Notes under the pieces: generated by a model
Databases searched by the model: none
What the model was told of the DNA's origin: nothing
The model's input: the letters and a program-made list of their open reading frames with translations, nothing else
Shown here: positions 49,384 through 59,278 of the stretch, one piece after another
Position numbering within the stretch: position 1 is the stretch's first letter
How the letters are laid out: the number at the start of each line of letters is the position of its first letter
Assembly (NCBI GenBank): GCA_037305845.1
Contig: CP147778.1
Coordinates: 1,408,001 to 1,472,000, forward strand
Source: Candidatus Freyarchaeum deiterrae
GTDB taxonomy: Archaea; Asgardarchaeota; Jordiarchaeia; Jordiarchaeales; Jordiarchaeaceae
Length of the DNA stretch: 64,000 nt
Reading direction: 5' to 3'
Program-made: the position numbers and the translations under genes

Positions 49384-50559
49384 ATGAGAGTGTACTTTTC
49401 CCCAAATGGAATGGCTCTGGGTCATGCGGGACGCCTTGTTCCTATTGCAAAGAAACTAATCAGTAATGGCGACGAGGTTCTCTTCTCAACTTATGGAGAT
49501 GCGGTGGGTTTTGTTAAGGCGGCGGGTATGCCTGTGGTTAGTGTACCTAGAATGGGACTTGTTGAGAGTCCAGATGGTACTATTGAGATGCTCAAAACCA
49601 GTATTAGATGGCCTAAGTATGTTTGGATTTTTATGAAGCAGGTCATTTCCGAAATTAGGCTCTTGAATAGTTTCAAGCCCAGTGTAGCGGTATCAGATTC
49701 TCGTTTGTCCACTGTTTTGGCCTGCTGGTTGTTGAGAATTCCTTGTCTTCTGTTACTGCATCAGATTAAGTTGCTAGTACCTCACAAGAAGAAGCTCAGT
49801 AGTTTTAAGGAAAAGCTGAAGCATTTTGCGGAGTGGTTCATTCTTTACACTACCCACCTACTTTGGAATAGGAGCACTAAGATTCTTGTTCCAGATTTCC
49901 CACCTCCGTATACCATATTTAAATCTAATCTTGACGTCCCGGAGAAGCTCATGAGTAAGGTGGAATTTGTTGGACATGTAATTGAAGAACCTCAGTCTCT
50001 GCTACCGAGCCAAAAGGATTTGAGGAAAAAGTTGGGGTTCGATGATCGCCCACTCATCTTTGTCGGGGTTTCTGGAACCAAAAAAGAGAGAGAACTTCTA
50101 GCTATGAGGCTTGATGAAATTTTTAGCGAGTTTCCCGATGAGTATAATATTGTAATGACTTTGGGAAGACCAGATAAACCGGACAACTTTGTGCAAAAGG
50201 GTAATCTGCGTATCTATAATTGGGTCACAGATAGATATCCTTTAATTAAGGCCTGTGACCTCGTGGTATCTAGATCAGGTCATAACACTTTAGCTGAGTC
50301 CATGTATTATGGTAAACCGTCAATTCTTATCCCAACGCCTGCACACACTGAACACCAAGAGAACTCCAAGTCTGCAGAGCGTATGGGTATTGCTAAAGTC
50401 GTGCAACAAAAGGATCTATCGAAAAATATACTGTTGGAGAGTGTAGAGGAAATCCTTAACCACTCAGAGTATAAAACGCGTATAAACAGAATCCAGAAAA
50501 AAATTTCAAATTTGGATGCTATTCAATCGATTATAGATGCCGTCTATCAATTTGGATAA
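49384..50559 (+). CDS. GT-B glycosyltransferase (GT28/MJ1255-like)
   Basis: GMALGHAGR, SRSGHNT..E, P...HTEH..N. Confidence 0.85.
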   Translation: MRVYFSPNGMALGHAGRLVPIAKKLISNGDEVLFSTYGDAVGFVKAAGMPVVSVPRMGLVESPDGTIEMLKTSIRWPKYVWIFMKQVISEIRLLNSFKPSVAVSDSRLSTVLACWLLRIPCLLLLHQIKLLVPHKKKLSSFKEKLKHFAEWFILYTTHLLWNRSTKILVPDFPPPYTIFKSNLDVPEKLMSKVEFVGHVIEEPQSLLPSQKDLRKKLGFDDRPLIFVGVSGTKKERELLAMRLDEIFSEFPDEYNIVMTLGRPDKPDNFVQKGNLRIYNWVTDRYPLIKACDLVVSRSGHNTLAESMYYGKPSILIPTPAHTEHQENSKSAERMGIAKVVQQKDLSKNILLESVEEILNHSEYKTRINRIQKKISNLDAIQSIIDAVYQFG

Positions 50560-50585
50560 AATATAATTTTGAGAGGTTTGTCCTT

Positions 50586-51443
50586 TTGGTTGAGGATAAG
50601 TTAACAGAGAGAAAGGTATTAGAATTTTTAGAAGAAGATCTGGGGTTTGGAGATATTACCACAAATGCACTCATCCCAGAGCAGACCACGGCTGAGGCTA
50701 GGATAATTTCCAAAAGAGAGGGAGTAATTGCAGGTATACAAGAAGCAGACATTATTTTTAAGCTCTTAAATATTGACTCTAAACCGCTAGTAAAAGACGG
50801 AGACAGGGTTACGCGTGGGCAAATTATAGTCGAGTTGTCTGGTTCCGCTAGAAACATCCTAATGGCGGAACGAACGGTTCTAAACATAATGATGCGTATG
50901 AGCGGTATTGCCACTGAGACATCTAAACTAGTGGATGCCGCGAAAAAGATTAACCCTAAACTTAGAATAGCTTGTACCCGCAAGACTACTCCGGGTTTCA
51001 GATATTTTGAGAAGAAAGCCGTCGCCCTGGGTGGCGGTGACATTCATCGGTTCCGACTTGATGACATGGTTCTAATCAAAGACAACCACATAAGTGTAGT
51101 TGGCAGTGTTACTGAAGCGGTGAACCGAGCCAGATCTAAATGTAGTTTCTCCAAAAAAATTGAGATAGAAGTTGAAAACGCTGACCAAGCAATCGAAGCA
51201 GCGAGAGCAGGAGCAGACATAATCATGTTTGATAATATGTCTCCCGAGGATGCCAAAAAAACACTGGAACTCTTAGAGAAGAAAGGACTAAGAGACAGCG
51301 TACTCATTGAATTATCCGGTGGGATTACCCCAGAGAATATCGATAGGTACATGGCTCTTAATGTTAATATTATATCCATGGGTTACATCATCCACTCCAT
51401 AAGGGCCTTAGACATTAGTTTAGATTTCAAAAAAATGAGGTAA
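50586..51443 (+). CDS. nadC: Quinolinate phosphoribosyltransferase
   Basis: EDLG.GDIT, TRKTTPG, HR..L.D..LIKDNH, EIEVE, DNM. Confidence 0.95.
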   Translation: MVEDKLTERKVLEFLEEDLGFGDITTNALIPEQTTAEARIISKREGVIAGIQEADIIFKLLNIDSKPLVKDGDRVTRGQIIVELSGSARNILMAERTVLNIMMRMSGIATETSKLVDAAKKINPKLRIACTRKTTPGFRYFEKKAVALGGGDIHRFRLDDMVLIKDNHISVVGSVTEAVNRARSKCSFSKKIEIEVENADQAIEAARAGADIIMFDNMSPEDAKKTLELLEKKGLRDSVLIELSGGITPENIDRYMALNVNIISMGYIIHSIRALDISLDFKKMR

Positions 51444-51579
51444 AGTCTATTTTTCATCACTTATCCATATAGTTTTAAAAAAAAGCAGTTGTTTTGTTTA
51501 TCATAGGTAGTTTTTTGAGGGCTAAGAATTTCAAAGAATATTCTTGGCTAATTTTTACATAAGCGAGAGTGACTAGACT

Positions 51580-52788
51580 ATGAATCAGAAGGAAGTAAGT
51601 GAATCCCCAGTCGAAATTCTTAAGGAATGGAAAAAAAGTGTTCTTGTACGTTACGGGGAATTGTCGCTTAAGAGCCCTTCAGTTAGAAGCTTTATGGAAA
51701 ATATTCTGATTAGAAACATAAAGTGGATGCTTGATAGGAAAAAAATTCCTTATGAGAGTATCATCAGAGAGAGAGGGAGAATCTTTCTGGACAGCGACTT
51801 TCCCAGAAAAGTGTGTGAGGGCCTCTCAAACGTTTTTGGCATAGTGTCAACCAGTCCGGTTCTGGAAACATCCACGGACATAGATGAAATCGTACGTCTC
51901 TCGCTACGGGTAGCCGAAACTATAATCGGATCGAATGAGAGCTTCGCAGTTAGAGCTAGAAGAGTGGGGACTCATAAATTCACTTCTATCGATGTTGAAA
52001 GAATAGTGGGAGAAGCGATTCTTAATAAAACAAGTAGACTAAACACCAAAGTAAATCTAAAGAAACCTGATAAGTACATTTTCATAGAGGTCAGAGAGAA
52101 AATGGCTTATGTATACCACGAGGTTTTCAAAGGGCCTGGAGGCTTACCTTATAGTTGTGAGGGAAAGATAGTTTCACTTTTCTCGGGGGGTATAGACAGC
52201 CCGGTTGCTGCATGGTTGATGATGAAACGCGGATGTAAGATAATTCCAATATATTTTGATAACTCCCCATACACGGATCAATCTACGCTTAATCGGGCTA
52301 TGAGTGTAATAAAAATCTTAAGAGAATATGCTACTCATGACAGATTTTATATGTACGTAGTTTCTCATGGTAAAACCCTAGAAAAGGTAATTAATCAGGC
52401 TCCTCGTAATCTGACCTGTCTTCTATGTAAGCGAACACTTTATCGCGTAGCTACTGCAATAGCAGAAAGAGAGGGAGCGAAAGGCATTGTGACAGGTGAG
52501 AGCTTAGGACAAGTCGCAAGCCAAACATTAGACAATCTTACGATTCTAAACGAATCTACGAATCTCCCAGTATACCGCCCTCTAATAGGACTAGACAAAT
52601 TGGAAATAGAAGAAATCGCCAGAAAAATTGGAACATACGAATCTTCTAGCATTAACGTTACAAGTTGTGGAGCTGTACCAAAGAAACCAGCAACAAGAGC
52701 AAAATTGGAAAAGGTAAAGTCAGCTGAAGAAATTATCAACTCTATACAAGAAGAGATAAATTCCGTTGAACGTGTTTATATAGACTGA
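51580..52788 (+). CDS. thiI: tRNA 4-thiouridine synthase
   Basis: RYGEL.LKS, THUMP domain, SGGIDSPVA, CLLCKR, GESLGQVASQT. Confidence 0.95.
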   Translation: MNQKEVSESPVEILKEWKKSVLVRYGELSLKSPSVRSFMENILIRNIKWMLDRKKIPYESIIRERGRIFLDSDFPRKVCEGLSNVFGIVSTSPVLETSTDIDEIVRLSLRVAETIIGSNESFAVRARRVGTHKFTSIDVERIVGEAILNKTSRLNTKVNLKKPDKYIFIEVREKMAYVYHEVFKGPGGLPYSCEGKIVSLFSGGIDSPVAAWLMMKRGCKIIPIYFDNSPYTDQSTLNRAMSVIKILREYATHDRFYMYVVSHGKTLEKVINQAPRNLTCLLCKRTLYRVATAIAEREGAKGIVTGESLGQVASQTLDNLTILNESTNLPVYRPLIGLDKLEIEEIARKIGTYESSSINVTSCGAVPKKPATRAKLEKVKSAEEIINSIQEEINSVERVYID

Positions 52789-52892
52789 ATCATTCGAAGG
52801 AATATTTCCGAAAATTGAGTACTAAAAAAGGTTTAAATACATCTTTTTACTTGGTTTTTGCACCTATAAGTTAATTTAGCTGAGGGAATTTA

Positions 52893-53333
52893 ATGGTTGG
52901 TAAATCACCCAAAGGCGAGTTTGCAGCTCGTACACTCAAGACAAAAAGTAAAAACGCGAGATGGAAAGACAGATATTATAAACGTAGAATGTTACACCTG
53001 GACGTTAAAGCAGACCCCTTAGAGGGCGCTCCGCAGGCTCGAGCCATCGTGCTTGAAAAGGTTGGAGTGGAATGCAAACAGCCAAACTCTTCCATTAGAA
53101 AATGCGTCCGAGTACAACTCATTAAGAACGGTAAGCAGATTACGGCTTTCCTACCGGGCGATGGTGCATTAAACTTTGTTGATGAACATGACGAAGTCAT
53201 TGTAGCGGGTATAGGCGGAGCTAGAGGCGGTGCCTTTGGTGATATACCCGGAGTGAGATGGAAGGTTGTTAAGGTCAACGGAGTGTCTTTAGAAGCCCTT
53301 CTTATAGGAAAGAGAGAAAAACCAATAAGGTAA
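52893..53333 (+). CDS. rps12: 30S ribosomal protein uS12
   Basis: [22 protein letters not shown]. Confidence 0.97.
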   Translation: MVGKSPKGEFAARTLKTKSKNARWKDRYYKRRMLHLDVKADPLEGAPQARAIVLEKVGVECKQPNSSIRKCVRVQLIKNGKQITAFLPGDGALNFVDEHDEVIVAGIGGARGGAFGDIPGVRWKVVKVNGVSLEALLIGKREKPIR

Positions 53334-53424
53334 GGATTATTCCCAAAATTATCTTAAATTATAATTAATGTTAACACTAAGACGAAATAATCAGCATTTT
53401 CCACAAAAAGAGGTAAGTAATGAG

Positions 53425-53991
53425 ATGAGCGAAATCAAAGTATTTGGAAAATGGATAACAGATGATGTTGAAGTGCATGATGTAGGACTAAGAGGAAGTA
53501 TTAATCTCACTCCAAAATATGTTCCTCATACTGACGGCCGGCATGAACATAGAAGATTTATGAAAGCCCGGGTTTTTATAGTAGAGAGGCTGATTAACAA
53601 GCTACAGAACCCTGGACGAAATGCTGGCAAAAAAATGAAGGCCCTTAACATTGTCAGACTCACTTTTGAAATTATTAATATAAAGACCGGGGAAAATCCT
53701 TTACAAGTCCTAGTTAATGCTGTAGAAAACGCGGCTCCTAGAGAAGAAACCACAAGAATCAGTTACGGTGGAATTGTTTACCATCAAGCGGTGGACGTCT
53801 CTCCCCTGAGGCGAGTGGATCTTGCCTTAAGGTTTATAACAAATGCAGCCAGAAAAGCAAGTTTTGGTACACAGAAAACCATAGAGGAATGCTTAGCAGA
53901 CGAATTAATTTCAGCGGCCAATAATGAAACTAAAAGCAGTGCGGTAATGAGGAAAGAAGAAAAAGAGCGGATAGCAACATCAGTACGATAA
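53425..53991 (+). CDS. rps7: 30S ribosomal protein uS7
   Basis: IVERLIN, NPLQVLV.A..N..PRE, AVDVSPLRR; ATG 53425 follows GAGGT SD. Confidence 0.97.
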   Translation: MSEIKVFGKWITDDVEVHDVGLRGSINLTPKYVPHTDGRHEHRRFMKARVFIVERLINKLQNPGRNAGKKMKALNIVRLTFEIINIKTGENPLQVLVNAVENAAPREETTRISYGGIVYHQAVDVSPLRRVDLALRFITNAARKASFGTQKTIEECLADELISAANNETKSSAVMRKEEKERIATSVR

Positions 53992-54246
53992 AGCATTTAT
54001 GCGACATAACACAAAATTCTATGGAAGCTTTTTCCTCAATTTTTTAAATTAATTTAAAACCTCTATAAGGCTAGCTTATCAAAAAATTGACTTGATTTTT
54101 ATCTGGTAACTGAATTATAAGAAATAGGAAAATTACCAATATTTCGGGAACATTAACTGTATATTTGACTTTCTTTTTTCTAAAAATGCAAGTAATCGAA
54201 ATTTAACCTTTAAAAGGTTAGAGTAGATAGTTTTATGATATGATTT

Positions 54247-54687
54247 TTAACTAATTATTACGTCATCTATTTGGAAATGCCTCCGTGCCAACAAACGAGC
54301 GCGGGCAACATTACGGCCACTTTTTCCAATAGCTATTCCTTTGTCTTTGGAGTCTGCGTTTACAACTGCCACTTTTCGTCCGTTTCTTTTTTCCGTTATG
54401 TGGATGGATTTTATGCGTGCCGGGGCGAGAGTATTTTTTATAAAGTCTTCAGGGTTATCTGCGTACTCCACGACGTCGATGGGTTTTTTGATAAAGTCTC
54501 TAACTCTTTTTATGTTTGTGCCTTTCTTGCCTATTGCCATACCGATGTCTCCTGATTTGATCACGAAAACAATTCTTCCTTCTTCTTCGTCGATAATGCA
54601 ATCCTTAACTACAGCACCAGTTATGCTCTCAAAGAGAGCAATATATCGGAGCTCGTTTGAGGTAAGTTTTACACTATAGCTTGCCAT
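54247..54687 (-). CDS. nusA: Archaeal NusA (KH domains)
   Basis: Two G.AIGK.G.N KH motifs; position after rpl30e. Confidence 0.95.
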   Translation of the reverse strand: MASYSVKLTSNELRYIALFESITGAVVKDCIIDEEEGRIVFVIKSGDIGMAIGKKGTNIKRVRDFIKKPIDVVEYADNPEDFIKNTLAPARIKSIHITEKRNGRKVAVVNADSKDKGIAIGKSGRNVARARLLARRHFQIDDVIIS

Positions 54688-54692
54688 TTATT

Positions 54693-54992
54693 TTATTCCT
54701 CCTTAAGTTTTAGAATTTTAGAATCTCCTGGTTGTTCAACTGCCATGCATGCTATCATGTGGGGTCTTCCACAAACGGCGCCGAGATCCCAGCTTGTGCC
54801 AGAGTAGGTGTAGACTGAAACCTCGGAGAGTTCACCGTAGTGGAGAACCTCTTGTTGAGTTTCTATTGGGCAGTTTTTAGATATAATTACTAGTTGGGGT
54901 TTTCCCTGTTTTATTAGTCTTAGTGTTCTTTTTGTGCCTAGAACTACTTTTCCAGTTTTAACTGCAAGAGTTATTGCTTTGTCAACGTCCAA
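54693..54992 (-). CDS. rpl30e: 50S ribosomal protein eL30
   Basis: KTGKVVLG, LG.VCGRP, PGDS.IL. Confidence 0.95.
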   Translation of the reverse strand: MDVDKAITLAVKTGKVVLGTKRTLRLIKQGKPQLVIISKNCPIETQQEVLHYGELSEVSVYTYSGTSWDLGAVCGRPHMIACMAVEQPGDSKILKLKEE

Positions 54993-54993
54993 T

Positions 54994-56190
54994 TTATGTT
55001 TCCTCCTTCTTATTTTCTTGTTTTGGGTATTGGCCCATTAATAAGTCAATTGCGCCGGTACCTACGGGTATCATTTGTCCTACAATAACGTTTTCGGTTA
55101 TACCGCTCAGAGTATCTTCCTCCCCTTTTACGCTCGCCTCTATTAAATGTTTTACTGTTACCTCAAATGCAGCTCTTGCAAGAACGCTTTCTTTCTCTCC
55201 ACTTATTCCATGGCGTCCAATTTGCCTTATGTCGCCGGAAACCGTCATTAAATCCGCTACTAACATTATATGGCGAATATCGACATCAAGCCCCTGTTCA
55301 TCTAGAACCTTGCTTGCCTCTTCGATTATGGCATTTCGGGCAGCCTCGACGCCGAGAGTTTGGGCGACTTCATGAATATGGTTTGAACTGGTTCTTGAGA
55401 CATCGACGCCTGGAATACGGAGAACTTCAGGTAGATTTGTTCCCTCTGAATACAAAACGTATTCATTTACATCTCTCTCTTTTTTAATGACAACACGATC
55501 TATTCCTATAACTCCCTTCAGAGTTAGGCTTCTTGTTTTTTCAAGAAGTTTTTGTAGGTCTGCTAAGCTCTCATACTCTGGAGTCAGTAAAATAGTGTTG
55601 CCTTGGAGAACAACTTCGCCTTTCTTAAGGTTTTTTACCTTTTCCAATACCATTTCCGCTGTGATACCCTTGTCCTCCACGAGTTCAGGATCCAAATTAA
55701 TTACAATCTGCATTGTGGTAAGGTCTATTTCCACATTGTACGCAACATTTTCTATTCTTGTAGTTTCAATCAATCTCGCTACTTCTCTTGCCTTTGCGAG
55801 ATCGTAACAGTGCTCCTTATCTAAATGAATTGTCATCATTGGAGTAGCGGGGTTACGTCTGGCGTCAACAATTTCTATTAAACGAGGCAAACCTAGTGTT
55901 ACGTTAAGTTCAGCTACACCGGCGTAGTGGAATGTCTTTAGTGTCATCTGTGTGCCTGGTTCTCCCAAACTCTGAGCAGCAACTGTACCTACAGCCTCTT
56001 CAGGTTCTACTAATACCTGAGAATAAGCTTTTTTGACCTCTTCTATTATTTTCTTAACTTTTTTTGGGGTAAAATTATCTTCATTAATTCTGGCTTTCAA
56101 AGCCTTCTCAAGCTCATCAATTAGTAAGGATGGAAGAGAAGCCTCGCTTCTTAGCTTTTCTATTTGGCTTACAATTTCCTCAATTGACAT
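54994..56190 (-). CDS. rpoA2: RNA polymerase subunit A''
   Basis: AAQSLGEPGTQMTLKTFH, GLPRL.E, RAAFE, ENVIVGQ..P.GTG. Confidence 0.97.
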   Translation of the reverse strand: MSIEEIVSQIEKLRSEASLPSLLIDELEKALKARINEDNFTPKKVKKIIEEVKKAYSQVLVEPEEAVGTVAAQSLGEPGTQMTLKTFHYAGVAELNVTLGLPRLIEIVDARRNPATPMMTIHLDKEHCYDLAKAREVARLIETTRIENVAYNVEIDLTTMQIVINLDPELVEDKGITAEMVLEKVKNLKKGEVVLQGNTILLTPEYESLADLQKLLEKTRSLTLKGVIGIDRVVIKKERDVNEYVLYSEGTNLPEVLRIPGVDVSRTSSNHIHEVAQTLGVEAARNAIIEEASKVLDEQGLDVDIRHIMLVADLMTVSGDIRQIGRHGISGEKESVLARAAFEVTVKHLIEASVKGEEDTLSGITENVIVGQMIPVGTGAIDLLMGQYPKQENKKEET

Positions 56191-56336
56191 TTTAACTCAC
56201 TTTATACCTCTAAGGGCGTCTAATACTTAATGAGTGGCGTATTTTTTATTCAGCAGTTTTCTTACTTTGTCCGTAGCTAACTTTTTCCACTCCATCTATA
56301 ATTTACATGAGTACTCAGATTGGTAGCGTCCTATAT

Positions 56337-58985
56337 TCACTCTTCCTCGCTGAGTACTTTTTCGATTATTACTTTTATGTTTACTGATTTACCATGATCG
56401 CTTTTGGATGGGTCTGCTCCGTCTTCTCCATACTGGAATTGAATTATACTTCCAGCCGCATTTCTAACAGTTCTGTCATACTCCACCTTGATGTCTTGAA
56501 GAGCGTTTATCAATCTTCTCTGCATATATCCGCTGGTGCTAGTTCTAACAGCTGTATCAACTAATCCTTCTCTGCCACCCATCGCGTGGAAGAAGAATTC
56601 AATGGGACTCAATCCCCTCTGATAACTAGCACTAACAAAACCTCTTGCTTTTGCGCTCAAGTCGCCTTCCTCAAAATGAGGCAGTGTTCTGTTTCTGTAT
56701 CCTCTCTGTATTCTGCTACCTCTCACCGATTGTTGTCCTACGCAGGCAGCCATCTGTGCAAGGTTGAGCAGAGTTCCTCGTGCGCCAGTCTTAGCCATTA
56801 TTACTGCATGGTTTTGCATACCGAGGTATTCTCCCGCCACATCACCAGCTTTGTCTCGAGCATTAGAAAGTTCCTGCATAATTAGCATCTCTAATGTTTC
56901 TTGAAGTGTTCTGCCGGGTAGACTCTCGAGTTCTCCTCGTCGGTATGTGTCAACTAATTCATTAACTTTATTATTAGATTCCTGCAGAATTTCGTTTACA
57001 CGGGAAAGAGCTTCCTTTGTTATGTCTACATCGTCAATTCCCATTGTAAAGCCCAATCTAGTTATCATAAGCGTTAACATTCGTGTGACCGAGTCTAGGA
57101 AATCACGCGCTTGATCCGCTCCATAATCTTTTACAATTCTGTGGAATAAGCTCTCAGGTACTCCCGCACCGAAAGCGGATTTATCAATTACACCCGAAAC
57201 GAGATTTCCGTTGCGAACCATTACAAAGTAATCATTTGGGCAACTCTCCTTCGAACATGTATCACATCGTTTACAGATTTTTGCTTTAAAGGAGAGATTC
57301 AGGTCTTTGGGTAAAAGAACGCTGAAAATTTGTTTTCCTGTCCAGAGTTCCATGGGGCTTTTAATTGCTGGAGGAGGAAGTTCAGTACGTCCAGCTACTA
57401 AGAGAAGGTCGCATGTATCCTTTCTGTTAAAGAAAGTATCCTTTTTCGTGAGCAAATAAGCTGATGAAATAAAATCTTGAATGCCGCCTATAATCGGACC
57501 GCCGTAACGCGGACTAAGGATATTTTCCTGAACTCTCATTAAAACAAAGGCTTCTGCTCGCGCCTCCTCACCCTGGGGAACGTGAAGATTCATTTCATCT
57601 CCATCAAAATCTGCGTTGTATGGAGGACAGACGCAAAGATTTAATCTAAATGTTTTAAACGGCATCACGCGTACCTGATGTGCCATTATGGACATCCTGT
57701 GTAATGAGGGCTGTCTGTTAAAGAGCACAATATCCTTATCTCTGAGATGCCTCTCTACAATAAATCCCACTTCTAGAGTATCCGCGATAGCTTTTCGATC
57801 CTTTACGAAACGAAGGTCAATTCTTCTTCCATCGCTACGTATAACGTAGTTTGCACCCGGAGGTTTCTCAGGTCCCCTTATAATTAGCTCTTTCATTTCC
57901 TCTATATTCCACTCGGTTATTCGCTCAGGTATTGTCAAAATTTCCGCGATTTCAAGGGGTACCCCAACCTCATTTATACCAAGATTAGGGTCAGGGGATA
58001 TCACGGTTCTTGCAGAAAAGTCAACTCTCTTCCCTGATAGATTACTTCTAAAACGGCCTTCTTTTCCTTTAAGTCTCTGCGCGAGAGTACGCAGAGCTCT
58101 TCCAGACCTGTGTCTTGCCGGTGGTATTCCTGACATTTCATTATCAAAGTAAGTAGTAACATGATACTGAAGCAGTTCCCATAAGTCCTCCACGATAAGT
58201 TGAGGAGCACCCGCCTCAATATTCTCCCTCAAACGTTGATTGATACGGATAACATCAACAAGTTTGTGTGTAAGATCATCTTCAGAACGGACCCCCGAGT
58301 CTAGGGTGATGCTAGGGCGTACTGCCACAGGGGGCACGGGTAGGACGGTGAGAACCATCCATTCAGGCCGAGCGAATTTGGGGTTTATTCCAATCAAGCG
58401 ACAATCATCATCAATAATTCGCTCACACCTGTCTCTGACATCACTCGGAGTTAAACGAATAGATCCTATGTCGGTCTCCTCATAAAATGTAGTGGGCTTT
58501 TCTAAACGGATCTTAAGCTGTTTCTCTCCACAATGAGGGCATGTACTTATTCTGGAGGCTCTCTTTGTTACCTCCGTCGTTATACTATCGCTCAAAGTTC
58601 CAGTTTCTTTCTCATAAGCATCCATTTGCTCTTTAAAAACCGTAATTTCATCATCAGGCAGAAGGAGACGTGAACAAGAGCGACAGGTGGCTCTAAGAAT
58701 TTTCTGAAGAAGTTTAGCAAATCCCTCATGAATCACGGGGCGCGCTAACTCAATGTGACCGAAATGACCCTGGCATTCTCCTACTCTACTTCCACACGTC
58801 TTGCATCGTCTACCTGGTTCTATTGTTCCAAGTCTGCTGTCCATTAATCCCGAGTCTATCGGTGCCCCGTCCTCGTCGTATGTGTCGGGCGTTATTATTC
58901 TAGTAACGGACATTCTTCGGATCTCGTCTGGTGATAGTAATCCAAATTTTATCGAGTCAACAACCTTGGGAAGTCTGAATGCCAA
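56337..58985 (-). CDS. rpoA1: RNA polymerase subunit A'
   Basis: GHFGHIEL, GKRVDFSARTVI, NRQPSLH, YNADFDGDEMN, GREGLVDTAVRT. Confidence 0.98.
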   Translation of the reverse strand: MAFRLPKVVDSIKFGLLSPDEIRRMSVTRIITPDTYDEDGAPIDSGLMDSRLGTIEPGRRCKTCGSRVGECQGHFGHIELARPVIHEGFAKLLQKILRATCRSCSRLLLPDDEITVFKEQMDAYEKETGTLSDSITTEVTKRASRISTCPHCGEKQLKIRLEKPTTFYEETDIGSIRLTPSDVRDRCERIIDDDCRLIGINPKFARPEWMVLTVLPVPPVAVRPSITLDSGVRSEDDLTHKLVDVIRINQRLRENIEAGAPQLIVEDLWELLQYHVTTYFDNEMSGIPPARHRSGRALRTLAQRLKGKEGRFRSNLSGKRVDFSARTVISPDPNLGINEVGVPLEIAEILTIPERITEWNIEEMKELIIRGPEKPPGANYVIRSDGRRIDLRFVKDRKAIADTLEVGFIVERHLRDKDIVLFNRQPSLHRMSIMAHQVRVMPFKTFRLNLCVCPPYNADFDGDEMNLHVPQGEEARAEAFVLMRVQENILSPRYGGPIIGGIQDFISSAYLLTKKDTFFNRKDTCDLLLVAGRTELPPPAIKSPMELWTGKQIFSVLLPKDLNLSFKAKICKRCDTCSKESCPNDYFVMVRNGNLVSGVIDKSAFGAGVPESLFHRIVKDYGADQARDFLDSVTRMLTLMITRLGFTMGIDDVDITKEALSRVNEILQESNNKVNELVDTYRRGELESLPGRTLQETLEMLIMQELSNARDKAGDVAGEYLGMQNHAVIMAKTGARGTLLNLAQMAACVGQQSVRGSRIQRGYRNRTLPHFEEGDLSAKARGFVSASYQRGLSPIEFFFHAMGGREGLVDTAVRTSTSGYMQRRLINALQDIKVEYDRTVRNAAGSIIQFQYGEDGADPSKSDHGKSVNIKVIIEKVLSEEE

Positions 58986-59278
58986 CTAATCAACTCCAAA
59001 ACACTATCAGCTCATCTCTTAAAACTCAAAAGTAGTATCCCTTACAACCAAAGAAGAACCTCGCACAACTTATAAACTTTTCTTCAATTTCTTCAGGAAC
59101 CTCGTCTTGACCCTGTCTTTTTCCTTATGATATGCACACATTGGTCTTAATTTTTTTAGGCCTTTTTATAAGAAGCCTCAATAAAATATGTCATAATCTG
59201 TAGATATGATTATACAGGATTATTTAAAGCCTACTACCCTCAATTCTTTCCCTTTTTGAAATGTGGCGAGTTTTGTAT

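Noticed and set aside
56227-56295. 22-codon ORF between rpoA' and rpoA''
   Set aside because: No SD or recognisable motif; cannot be supported
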